DNA of 64,000 nucleotides from Octopus sinensis (lineage: Eukaryota). This document shows positions 24,172-36,978 of this stretch, piece after piece. The position numbers and the translations under genes are program-made. The notes beneath the pieces were generated by a model. It saw only the letters and a program-made list of their open reading frames with translations. It ran no database searches and was not told the DNA's origin. The stretch is taken from contig NC_042997.1 of NCBI RefSeq assembly GCF_006345805.1, positions 36,580,001 to 36,644,000 on the forward strand, given 5' to 3'. Positions within the stretch are counted from its first letter, which is position 1. Every line of letters begins with the position of its first letter.

Positions 24172-24532
24172 CAACATGAAATACGAAGACAAACGTAGTT
24201 TTGCGAAGAACGGAATAACTGGAAAACAGGCCAAATAACATAAAAAACGAGCCTTCAGCAGTTGTCGGTTGTTTATATGCTTCACATTTCGAACAATTCA
24301 CGACTATATGTGCCTTCGAGAAAACAGTTCCTACCACGAATCCCAAATCTTATTTTGGTTCACGGGAGCAACAGTTTTCTGAATGTCGCATAATATCGTG
24401 AATTGCTCGAAATGTAGGAATAGATAAACAGCCGACTACTGATGAAGGGTCGTTTTCTTATGTTGCTTGTCTTCTCTTCCATTTGTTTCTCTCATTGTTC
24501 GCAACAAACGTTTGACTTCGTATTTCATATTG
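24172..24532. mobile_element. Foldback made of two inverted pLTR-like copies, each with a hammerhead-like core
   Basis: Arms of about 160 bp. CTGATGAAGG at 24439 (+) and CTGCTGAAGG at 24261 (-), each followed distally by an (A)AACGT-like motif. Confidence 0.65.
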
Positions 24533-24613
24533 CATACGTATGTCCGTATATGTATGTATGTACATATACAAGTATATACATATATGCATGTATATATACA
24601 TACATATATTATT

Positions 24614-24667
<54 letters not shown>

Positions 24668-24927
24668 ATATATACTCTCTCAAAGACACACATGCACATA
24701 CATATATATGGTATGTATACTAGTTTGTATGTACGTATGTTGTGTACATGTATATATGTACACGCACACTCATACTCACGTACATGCGACCGTTCGGTGA
24801 GTTGCTGGGATTTTGGAACATTGATTGTATTATGACGCCACCATTGCTCAGAGCCATGGGAGTTTGACTTCCGCCGTGATTATATTTTCTCTTCATCCGT
24901 TTCGATTTTTGCAATATGTTGAGGCGT

Positions 24928-25095
24928 CAAGGCGGCGAGCTGGTAGAATCGTTAGCAAGCAGGACAAGCGGCTTTTCGGCATTTCATGCGTCTTTACGGG
25001 GGGGGGGGCAGAAAAAGTACCAGTTGAGTACTGGTGACGATGTAATCGACTTACCATGCCACAAATTGTTGGCCTCGACCCAAAATTTGAAATCA
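24928..25095 (+). mobile_element. SINE family A, internally deleted
   Basis: AAGGCGGCGAGCTGGTAGAATCGTTAGC head and AGTACCAG..GATGTAATCGAC. Confidence 0.75.
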
Positions 25096-26532
25096 ATATT
25101 TAGAGGCGTTTTGCACATTCCTATTGTTCGTCATAATCACCAATCAAACGGAGTAAATATAATTTGAATAATAAAGGAAATACTCCTTTTTTTTCTTATG
25201 TCTATAAATCAACTACCACGTCTTGAATAATAAAAGAAATACCCTTTGTTTTTTTATCTAATGTCTTTAAATCAACTGCCACGTAAAGAAATATACCTCG
25301 CTCTTTCATGATTAATGATGTCTGAAGTCTATTTATTGCATGTCGGCTAATTTTAAAGTATAAATGAATATAACAAATCATGCAATTATTTAAGAATGTG
25401 AATGTGCGTGTGCGTAAAGTACACACAGATATATACCCACATATAAACACAGAGGTACACGCATGGATAAGTATATGTATAATTACATATGTGTATGCAT
25501 GTGTGGAGATGTATATATTTTTGTATATGAGACTACATCTTCGAAGTATGGTCTACTTATAATAAACGCAACATCGTGGGGTATTATATTCCCATTAAAA
25601 AACGTAGTCGAGAGCAGTGAAATAATTAGAGTACGGACACGTCCTAACTATCCGGTTGTCATCATCTTTAGCTTTAAATGCATGCATGTTTCGTTTGACA
25701 TCGTTGTTCCAATATACCCTTTTTTAAAATATAGCAGACATATTCATGTCTGCACACACACAAATATATATATATATATTCCGTATATACACATATTTAT
25801 ATATATGCATACACTCGGACACACACACGCACACACACTCACATATATATATATATATACAGATATTTATATTTACGCGTTTCTGTATGCATTTGTTGTG
25901 GTGGTCGTTTTTCTTTGAGACGGTGTATAATTGTGCGTATACTGTTGATTATCTTCTGCGGGTGTATTACTTGTTAAATAGAACACAACTACTACCATCC
26001 GCACATAGCTCCCAATTAGGAAACTAAAAACAATTTCATAAAGTGAATTAGAGTTGAAGAATTTACAAAAGGAAGATTGATAATTGTGGCATTAAATCAG
26101 CATTCAAGTGATGCTTGATGCCAATTAGAAAATCACCTCAATAATAAATACATCATTTCTCGAGATTCTGTCAGATGAGACAATGAGACACACAATATCT
26201 AGAAAACAGTGAAGAATATACAATTAAGAGACTGTAATTTCTACGAAAGTAAATTTAATGGATTATTATGGGCAAACTAAATCTCTCTGTCGTCCGAAGA
26301 AACGAAAACTTAACACTACGTCAGTGAGAACTTTAATATAAACATAACTGATATAAAACTGACGCTTAGATATAAAAATACAATTCCCTTAGAAACTTAT
26401 ATTTATTCATAAATTCGGTCATAAACAAAACATACATGAACACACACTCATACAAACACGTGTATCTGTCTATCTATCTATTTACATATTCATTTACATA
26501 TATGCATACATACATATACACACACATATATG

Positions 26533-26571
<39 letters not shown>

Positions 26572-26890
26572 TATATATATTAATTCATAATAGAATATAA
26601 GGATAAAAATCACGTTCATGATTTTTATCATGTAGTCAGCATGCTATAAAAAATTACAGGCAATTTATGTATTAAATTAATAATATACATATGACTATAA
26701 TTATATTGAGGGTTTAAGGGTGAAAACGACCTAACACCGGCATGATTGAAGTACCGATACCTTTAAAAAACTACCAAATATTCCAGATAATAAGTTAATG
26801 TTATATATATATACTTAGGGCAAGAAATAATTTTTGTTCCATTTTATGGAAACAAATGGGTTTATAGAACATTTTCACATTTACATTTAA

Positions 26891-26921
<31 letters not shown>

Positions 26922-27053
26922 TCTATATCTATAACTATAAATGTATGCAGGTGTGTCTATGTGTCTGTCTGTGTGTATATACACAGTTATATAAATGTAA
27001 ATATGAATATGTATACAATTGCAGGTATGTATATGTGTATGTGTGTATACATT

Positions 27054-27088
<35 letters not shown>

Positions 27089-28057
27089 TTCACTTCGAAT
27101 GGTATGTGTATCGGTGTATATTGCACAGTAGCATGTATAGAAACCAAACGCGCTTCAATACCCATACATGCAAACGCATTTTTATAACACACACACAGAT
27201 ATAATTTCCATATCGTAGCATACACTTGTGCACAACGCAAATTCTCACTTTCAATAATACATGTATAAGATATCACATATGATGCCAACTCTTATATACA
27301 CGCAAAATCACATCTTGCATGCACACACTCACTCTGACTGTGTGTACATATATCATAAATATCCAAAATACGTGAGCGAAGTTCTTGAAGAGATGGAGAG
27401 ATATGACAGCGGACTTTTCGCGCTAATATGACTGGGAACCAGAAAATGGGAAAAAATTCATTAAAAGACACGAAATAAAATCAGGTAGGCAAATAAATAC
27501 ACATTAATATAGTAGCAAGATAAATAGTATTACACGTGCATTCATATATGGATTTAAGTAATTATATGCAAGCATCTGTACAGTATATGCATGTGTACTC
27601 ACAACGATACACATCTACGCACTAATCTAACATCCAGTATGGTAGTTTGACTCCGGATGTTTACTATCATGTGGGTATGGAAGAGATCGAAAAGAATTAT
27701 GTGAAGAGCGTGATGGAGAGATAGAGAATGAGAGTGGTTATATAGAGAGGTGTCGTGTGAGATACAGAAGGAGAAAAAATATAGAGAGATAGTGAGAGTA
27801 CATTTGCAGTGTGTGAGAGTTGTTCGATAGAACGGGGGAAGAAATCATTGTTGGAGAAGGCGGATAGAAGAGAAATTTAGTAAAAGTATTGAAAACATGA
27901 ATAATAAAGGGAAAGAGACATCGTATCGAAAGTAGAAGATTTGAGATAAGAAAAGGAAATATGAGTTAAAAGAAAATAATGAGATATAAAAGCTATGTAG
28001 TGGGGATATATGGAAGGTGGGAAAAGATTATATATATATATGTGTGGGGGGGGTTAT

Positions 28058-28060
28058 AGC

Positions 28061-28137
<77 letters not shown>

Positions 28138-28170
28138 GGATCGATAGATAGATAGATAGATAGATAGATA
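28058..28170. repeat. (TAGA)n array
   Basis: Seen directly. Confidence 0.95.
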
Positions 28171-29229
28171 ATTATATATATATATAAATCCTATATATTC
28201 AAAATACATTATATATATATATATAACGACAATATACTTTATATATATATATATATATATATGAATATATAACGACAGAGGGGGGGATAGAGAGGAAGTG
28301 AACGATACAGATTGATAGATGAATACGTATATTTATATGCACACACACACACACACATATATATATGCATATATGTGCGTGTTTGTGTGTGTGCGCGCGT
28401 TTGCAACGTGCACATTTACACCATAATATATAAATGCGTTAGTTAAGAGATAATGTATCAGAGATAAATAATGTGTTTTGGAAAAGGAATGCAGGAATAA
28501 GTGCGAGGGGAATATTGATGATTATTAATAGATTACGTTCGAACATGACCATTTATTTATCTATTTATTGTGGTATAGGCTATGAAATTTATCCTTGCCT
28601 TTGACTACTGCTCAATATTTCGAATGCACATAGATGGATGTGAAGTCAAGATCGTCGTGATTTGAATATAGTACATAAAATGAGGTGCTGAAATATGGTG
28701 TTGTGTTAAATTTTGAATTCTTGTGATTCACCCATTTAAACTCATAGGGGAATAATGAGACATAGGCACATGCAATGAAACATGCTTAGAAACTTAGATA
28801 CACGCGGTTATTTTCTTAGAAATGAACATTTGGGAAGCAGGTAAGTATATAGAAATAGCGGAAGAACATAAGGAATTATAGTTATTGATGTATAGAATGT
28901 GTGAGATTTTTAAAAAAATAAGTGAAGTGAATACAGAATTTTAAGATGTAGAGAATATATAGTATCGAAAGCAGATATTAGGAATAATATATATAGAATA
29001 AAAAAAGCGAAACACATATCTCAATTTTTGGACATTTAACATCCATAATTACAGAAAAAAATACTACATTGACTGGAGCTTATATTATTTTACAGCGCCA
29101 GTGACAGATAAGAAATTGAAACACAGCTATTATAACTCAAGAATGGACCAGAGAAATAAGATGATAGATTTAAAAGGTATAAAGTGTAAACTGACAAACG
29201 AAAGGATATTGTAGAGAAGGTATGATAAT

Positions 29230-29815
29230 GGTTTCAAATTTTAGCACAAAACCAACAATTCCGAGGTAGGTTGTAAGTCGGTAACAACGACCCCAGTGTT
29301 AAACTGGTATTTATTTTATCGTCACTGAAAGGATCTAAGACGTTCCGGACGGCACTTGAATTCGGGACGTAAAGTCGGAAGAATTACTGCTAATATTTTT
29401 TTTTCTGGGAGCAGTAACGATTTTTGGTGCTCGCCGCCTTGAGAGAAGAAACAATATCCGTTTCAAACTTTGCTGCTAAGCAAGTAATTTCGGGAGATGG
29501 AATAAGCGGATTACATAAATTTCGGTCACTAACTGAGACTTATTTTATCGAACGCAAAATGGTGAATGGCACGAAGTAATTGTCGAAGTTTGAACTCTGG
29601 ACGTAAAGACGGTCGAAATGAAGTTAAGCATTTTGCCCAATGTAAGAGAAATAATACTTGTTTTTACTACAGGCACAACACCCGAAATTATGTGGGAGGG
29701 GTCTAGTCGATTAAATCGACCCCAGTAATTCTCTGGTTCATATTTCATGGTACGCGAAAGCGATGAAAGGAAATCACGACATGGCTAACGATACTGCCAG
29801 GCCACCATATTCACA
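29230..29815 (-). mobile_element. Cluster of about three diverged SINE family A copies
   Basis: Repeated GACCCCAG..ACTGGT..TTTATCG..GAAAG..TTGAACTC motifs on the minus strand. Confidence 0.7.
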
Positions 29816-29949
29816 GAAGAAATAGAACCGTGAGAGTTAATAAAAGAGATAATAATAGTTAATAAGAGTTAATAAGCGTTAACAAAAGCATGAACATAAG
29901 TAAGCCAATCAAACAGAGACCGACAGTAGAAACCTGTCCATTATATATA

Positions 29950-31120
29950 CTAAGTCATCCCATAAATAATGTGTTTTTTTATACTTTTATTTTTCAAAAT
30001 TAATATTAACACAGTTCTTTTTTAGTCTAAAATATAGTCTCCTTCATTTTCTACAATGATTTTCCATGTATCTAATAGATTTAAAAGGCCCCTCTTCCAA
30101 AATACATTTATCTGTGACAAAAAGACACTCCTCCAGTACTGTTCTGAACTCGTCTACGTAATTCAGATTTTTCCGTCCAAATGATTTTGAAGACTTCAGA
30201 ATAAACGATAATCAGTCCGGCGATGCCTGGCGATTATAGTTGCATCGTTTCCCATTCAAACTACTCCAGCTCTTGGACTGTCATCCTCGCTGTATGTGGC
30301 CAAGCATTATCCCGATGCAAGAACACTTTTCGTCTTGAAACCAAAGAGAGTCGTTTTTCTTCTTGCGCAAACTTGCGCCACTCAAGCTGCTCACAGTTGA
30401 TCTCCTCTGTTATCGTTTGGTTTGGGCTTAAAAGTTCAAAGTCTGCGAAACCTTTCATATCGCACCAAACAGATAACAACATGTTCGGTTTCTGAATACC
30501 TTCCTTAGCATGAGGTGCCGGTGTTTCTCCTTCCTCTACTCACTGACGTTGGTGCTTGTCACCAGTCACAATTCAGTCCAAAAAAGTTACATTCGTGAGA
30601 AGAGCACACATTCACTCTCTACGCGCAATTAAACTCGAAAGTTTATGAGAGACACATTGATTCAATTTGCTGACTTTCCTGATGGCACGCATGTGTCAAT
30701 GAATGGTTGAATTACTAAATCCAAGCTTCTTTGCTCGTTTCTCCACATTTCACTGGTATTTTGTTCCACCAGAGTTTGCAGGAGATTCGTCTTCTAGGCT
30801 GTAGTTTCCGGCTTGGAATTTCCGGAACCACCGTTGACACTGGCTTACACTTATTGTCCGATCTCCATATACTGCATCAATAGTCCTCGCACTTTCCGTT
30901 ACAAAATATAACGAGCATGTTCCTTTCTCACTTTCACTATATCTTTGAAAAAGTAACTGTTAAAATCGAATTGCACTCTTTAAAACTTGAACTAAGAATA
31001 AGGACAAAGTAAAATTACTACTCGCTTTCATAGGGAGTTGATGCAGGTAGCTTATCCCGTTCCTCTCCGACTCTTAGTTCATGCAATTGAAAAAACCGCA
31101 TTTTGAACGGGATGACCCAA
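29950..31120 (-). mobile_element. Mariner (DD34D-type) transposon, degenerate
   Basis: TA-flanked imperfect TIRs (consensus TTGGGTCATCCCATAAATAATGCGGTTTTT). Minus-strand HTH region VYGDRTISVSQCQRWFRKFQAGNYSLEDE and catalytic region MLSVWCDMKG..ELL..NQTIT...LHRDNAWPHTA. Confidence 0.92.
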
Positions 31121-31764
31121 TATATCATTATAGACTGAATGAGAAGCATGAAGAACTTTGTTTCTCCGCTCTTACTATACTATATAATAGAATATAAATG
31201 AAAATGTACTCATTTACATTTGCGAGATAATTGTCATGATTGCTATTTAAATGGCAATAAGATTCCTGTTAGACTAAGATAACAAATTAGTTTGAACATC
31301 TAAATTAGTTCAGTCTATTTTCATTATACGTTGTTTAATGTGATTACACGAACATGTACGGCCTAATATATTTAATTTAACTAAAATTACGCAGACATTC
31401 TACAAAGACAAAATAACCAAAATGTGCAAGAATATTTCTCTAAAAATTAAGTGGGAAAACATATATATATGCATACACCTCAAGTGCTGATAAATTCGGT
31501 CCAAACATCTGATATACTATGAGCTAATGATTGATAATTCTTAACGACTAAAAGATTAACGTTGAAGGGGATGAGGCTATGGAGAGTTACACGTGATTCT
31601 TCGAGACCCCAACATAATTTGATATGTGTTTATGTATGATTCAATGGCACACCCCTCATAATGAAGTAGGGTGTAAAACTTATTTTTAGCTGCATTTTTT
31701 CCTTTGATTAACTAAAAAAAAGTATAAGGCGACAACATTTGGGTAGCAATAAAGTTCGTTGATA

Positions 31765-32535
31765 TCCTTTCTACTATCGCCACAAGGACTGGAATTTCGG
31801 GGAGGTGGAAAGTCGATTAGATGTAGCCCAGTACGCAACTGATACTTAACTTATCAATCCCGAAATAATAAAAGGCGAGGTCGATCTGGGCGGAATTTTA
31901 ACTCAGAACGTAGCGACGGGCTAAATACCGCTAAGCATTTCGTCCAGCGTGCTAACGATTTTTTTCTACTCTAGGCACAAAACCCGAATTTTCTGGGGAG
32001 AGGGCCAGTCGATTAGATCGACCCCAGTACGCAACTGGTACTTAATTTATAGACCCTAAAAAGATGAAAGGCAAAGTCGACCACGGTGGTATTTGAACTC
32101 AGTGCATAAAGACAGACGAAATATCCACATGGGGCTAAAAACAAAGAAGACAAACAAGAACAGACAAACGGATTAAGTCGATTACATCGACCCCAGTGCG
32201 TAACTGGTACTTATTTAAGCGACCCCGAAAGGATGAAAGGCAAAGTCGACCCAGGCGGAATTTGAACTCAGTACGTAGCGGTAGACGAAATACGGCTAAG
32301 CATTTCGCCCGGCGTGCTAACGCTTCTTATTTCTTTATTGCCCACAAGGGGCTAAACATAGAGGGACAAACAAGAACAGACAAAGGGATTAAGTCGATTG
32401 CATCGACCCCAGTGCGTAACTGGTACTTAGTTTATCGACCACGAAAGGATGAAAAAACGAGTCGACCTAGGCGGAATTTCCTAAGCATTTCGCCCGGCGC
32501 GCTAACGCTTCTGCCAGATCGATCGCCGCCTTAAA
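31765..32535 (-). mobile_element. Stack of four SINE family A copies (two A1 tails, two A2 tails)
   Basis: Units at ~31765-31960, 31961-32125, 32126-32330 and 32331-32535, all on the minus strand. Confidence 0.85.
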
Positions 32536-33491
32536 GTTCGTTGATAATATATTTTGGGAAATACAGGAATGGGAAAGGCAAATTTGAAATTGCATACATT
32601 TACATATAAATGGTGATAATATTATCCTTTGGTATACATTATTGCTACGTGCTTCTAACTCTGCTAATCCGTCACATTCTGAGTGACTAATATAGTAAAT
32701 AATGTACAATAGATATGCCTGCCGTTGATTGAAACAGAAAAACAGTAAACATGTTTACATTGATAACATGGAAGAAGAAGAAAAAAAGCTACCGAAGTAG
32801 ACAAAAGAAACAATAATTTATCGAGATGAGAGTAATAGTATTAGCATTATTGGTAGATATGGTATATATTGCATCTCTTTACTTTAAACATAGATAATTT
32901 TATGTCTTCATTATGTTTTAGAATAACATGGACCGTTTTTCTTTCTGTATTGTCGATACACTGCATTTTCTGCCATATAGTTTAGCTCCTAGAATATAAC
33001 CACGCAAGCTTATGAATTATATTAAATTTTGAATCCTATCCAGGTAAAAATATCTCAGATTTCTTTCCAATCCTATCTTCAATGTGTATCAAAAATACCA
33101 TTTTAAATGAAGCCGACACTCTTGTAAAAGACATTACCCATGAACTCAGCATTCATAACATCAGATATACATTGCTATCATATAAACGTATTTTATGATT
33201 AAACACCATGATTTTAGTTAAACCTACCCTCCTTTCATTAAATACTTTAAAATATCAAGAAAAATATATGACATGAGATTCTTCCATATCAAAATTCAAG
33301 CAGAAATCACCCCTACCACTTTGAAATATTAAATATTTGTATTACATTATTTCTATGCACAAAGTTCTAGCATTTGTATTTGAATTAAAGGATCTTTTCC
33401 CTTTGAACGGCATTTAATTAATTTTTTTTTTTTGTAACTAAACACCTTCAAACTTCGGACTCTGGTAGAATGTGTCATATAAAACATTTGT

Positions 33492-33931
33492 CAACAAGAA
33501 CTATCGGTGGTGTATATTTCGATTGTCACTGTTATTTGTGACATCGTTCGTGCGTTTATACTGGTTTTAGCTTTAAGGTTTTATGGTTAGGGTTAGGTTT
33601 AGCGTTTTAAGGTTAGGATTTTAGGATTAGGGTTTGAGTTAGGGTATTGGGGTTAGGGTCAGGGTTGGTGTTTTAGAGTTAGGATTACAGAAAAAAGTGA
33701 AAAAGGAAGAAATTGGAGGGGGAAAGGTAGTGGGCAGAAAAGTCTTTCCGAAAATAGTAGCTGATAAACAGGAAACGAAACCTAAAAGCAGTAGATATGC
33801 AGGAACGATTATAGCGGTGTCCTGAAGTAAACATGCTTCAAATACACTCGTTTATTCATACAAACGTAACTGACATGAAATATGTCATAAAGAACAGTGA
33901 CAAACGAAATATACACCGCCGCAATTTGTTG
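33492..33931. mobile_element. Inner TIR element containing degenerate telomeric repeats
   Basis: Inverted pair CGGTGGTGTATATTTCGATTGTCACTGTT / AACAGTGACAAACGAAATATACACCGCCG. Confidence 0.75.
33560..33688 (+). repeat. Degenerate interstitial (TTAGGG)n-like array
   Basis: GGTTAGGGTTAGGTTTAG...GTTAGGGT...GGTTAGGGTCAGGGTT. Confidence 0.75.
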
Positions 33932-34795
33932 CTGATCGAGCAGTAATTTTATTCAGCTGAAATCACGTCATTGATTGGTTGAAATTACAGAAATACGACA
34001 AATTGAACACGAAATAACTTTGAAAGTAGAAACTTTTCTCAACAATGCTAAGAGTAAAAGATGTTTAATATGACACATTCTACCAGTATACGAAATTTGA
34101 AAGTATTTAGTTGCAAAAACTTAACTTCTCGATCTGCTGTTCAAAGGGAAAAGGTCCGAATAAGACTATCGCTATTTTGAATCTATAATTCTATCCTTCC
34201 AGTTCAATTTGTACAATGGCAATTAAAATCTTGTATTGAGAACAGAAAGAGAGAAACTATATCAAACACTGGAAGATCTATGCAAAAACTCGAAAGCAAC
34301 GCCAGCGATATTCTCGGATTGTAATTTTGATATCCAAATCTCAATAAGAAAAGCCTTGTTATCTAGAATATATGTTTTCTTCATTAATAATGAAACTATT
34401 CTTAAAGTTGTCAACTTCGTAGTTATAACAATTTCTATGGACAATTTTTAACAATTACATTAATAACTCTGTAATTGAGATTCATTGTATTTACAAATTA
34501 GACATTAAATGGCGGTGCCCCAGCATGGCCACAACTCGTGAGCTGAAACTACAATCAATCAATCAATCATTGAAAGCCACAGCGTCATGAAGGATCTATC
34601 TCAAATCGTATTTTTAGATTATTAATCTCATTGATTATTCTTTTAAAGAAAACAAAAACATATATTAATGACACATCCCCGTCTTAAAAAGAAATAATCA
34701 TCAGGAGCAGGTAGGATAAAGATTTAAATGATAACAATAGAAAAAACAATAAGACTTATTAATGGATCGCATATCTTGGTACAATATAGCGTGGG

Positions 34796-34830
<35 letters not shown>

Positions 34831-36799
34831 AAGCCACAAATTATCGTTTTGTTTTTCAATATCATATCAAATATTTCCTCCCAAATTATAAATACGAAAA
34901 AAAAAACTAAAGACTTAAAACTATTAAACTCCCATTTAAAATTCATTCCCACAACAGTAATGACGTCTCTCTTAATTACGTGAAAAGTACTCTCTTGTCA
35001 CAGAATAATTAGTATAATAATTGTATATGCACCATCACTTTACAATCTGAAGAAAACTTTGTGGCTAAAGAATTACTCAGTTACACTACATAAAATTCAG
35101 CAACAACTTGACCTCAATTACCTTAAGTTTTAGTCATTGATTCATTCATGAAATTTATGGACAATCTCGTTTAGAAACTGGATTAGAAGAAATTGTGCAC
35201 GGATATAAACCCTGATGATGGCAATTAATGTGAAACAACGTGAATTTTCATGCAAAATGGCAATGATGTTACAGTGAAAACGACCCACGCGTGGACGGAG
35301 AACGAGTACTGAACTCACTTAAACACATGTCAACATGAGCTAAAAAAACTTGCACTAACAACATAATGGCTTGCCCAGTACGCACATTAAGTTTATATGA
35401 AATTTAATTCTCTAGACTGAATAAAATCAAAGCGTGTTTAAAAACGTTAATGCTTATGCATTTATATTTTCACAAGAGCAAGAATTTATTTAAACCTCAC
35501 ATTCCCTTATTTAATATATTAGTTTATTTGAACTAGTGTTTGATGTTATCATATTATGTTGTTTTCCTCCTGATATAAAACAATTTCACCGTGATATTCC
35601 TTGTAGTTAATATCAAGTTCATGCTTATCTTAAGCATTGCTATCATAATCTTTATAGCTTTTCGCAATTTGAAATAATATTTCAAGAATGAAATATATTC
35701 TAGAATTGGATTAGTATTGATTGAATCCTTTAATACATTCCTTTCATTGCTTAAACATTTTTTCGAAATTCCAGTTATTATTATTATCTGGATTAAACTA
35801 TCAGTTTATTAGGTTTCTTTAAGTTTAGTATTACGTTATTTAATCTCATCACATCTGCTGCTTAACCATCTGTATGTCAAACGATTATTTATGTGTACAG
35901 GCCAGAATTGTTCCGAATTTTAGCAAAATTTTATAGAAATGTGTTACTCGTAATTTGTTTCATTCCTTATTTCATACTATGGTATTTGGATCCAATTTAA
36001 AATGTCCTAACAATAATAAATGTTTTCGCATTTATCCTAATAAATTCATTTTCACGTAGTCTTTTAAATTTTAATGCCATATTATAAATATTTATCGTTT
36101 TCTACACCGTAGCTGCTACAAATTCCGTTGGATATATTCTTATCTAGATTCCAGTACTGTAAAACCTTTCTATTTTACAACACTTCTTCATACCTTACAC
36201 ATTATCGAGTACCTTAGTTCCGACTTATATATAACGACTTATTTTCACATATTTTAGTTGGTATGTTATACTGATGTAAAACGACTGGAAATAGTTCGTT
36301 AAATGTAACAATTGCTGAATCAACTCAAAATACATTTAATGCGGACATCACGGAACGCTGAATTAACGGCTAATTGCAACATCAACGATTGTTTGTTTGT
36401 TTTTTTTAATCACTGTTTCTTCTATACGAGTGACTGTAGATTTTGTTCTAGCATGCAATGATAAGTAGACTCACGGAATCCAAGGAAGCAGATGTGCGCA
36501 ATTAGTAAATCCACTACATCTGCTGGAATACCATCTGCTGCTACTGATGTATATGTGTATTTCTAACACTGATGCCTATGAGAGGTATTATCTCACAAAG
36601 AGTGCTGGGGTTAGCTCTGCTTTCCTTGAAATATCTGAATTATGGAAGGTACACTCTTGTAAACAAATACATCTTCCTTTGCACATAACGGATCTCTCTC
36701 TCTCTCTCTCTCTCTCTCACGAATTCCCCACTCTCTCTTTCCACGCCTGATGGAACGCAGGAGGGCTACATATTTCGCCTGTTGAGTGGACTTAAGCAG

Positions 36800-36978
36800 T
36801 GTGAGAGGAAGTCTTTCGCTCAAGAACAGGACGGACCGCCTCGTCCAGGAATCAAGTTAGCTTCCGATCATGAATCTAATACCCTAGCAACTAAGGTGTG
36901 CGTCTTGACATATCTAGATATCATCAGTCTTTTACTTTCATCTTTTACTTGTTTCAGTCATTTTGACTGCGACCATGT
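36800..36978 (-). mobile_element. SINE fragments (D-like head, B tail)
   Basis: GCTCAAGAACA..CCAGGAATC and TTTTACTTGTTTCAGTCATTTTGACTGCG. Confidence 0.6.

Larger units (their letters stand above)
33390..34157. mobile_element. Non-autonomous DNA element with ~110-bp TIRs
   Basis: GGATCTTTTCCCTTTGAACGGC...CTGGTAGAATGTGTCATAT versus ATATGACACATTCTACCAG...GCTGTTCAAAGGGAAAAGGTCC. Confidence 0.85.

Noticed and set aside
26215-26320. IYN..DYYGQTK resembling GIY-YIG
   Set aside because: Stops, missing Cys/Arg/Glu motifs and no adjoining RT; too weak to call.
34236-34451. 71-aa ORF faintly like an APE endonuclease segment (KLYQTLEDL..SDCN)
   Set aside because: The key GDFN motif is not conserved and there is no supporting flanking homology.
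35205-35250. CTGATGA..GAAAC..GT motif
   Set aside because: Stem II is only 3 bp and stem I does not pair; compatible with chance in AT-rich DNA.
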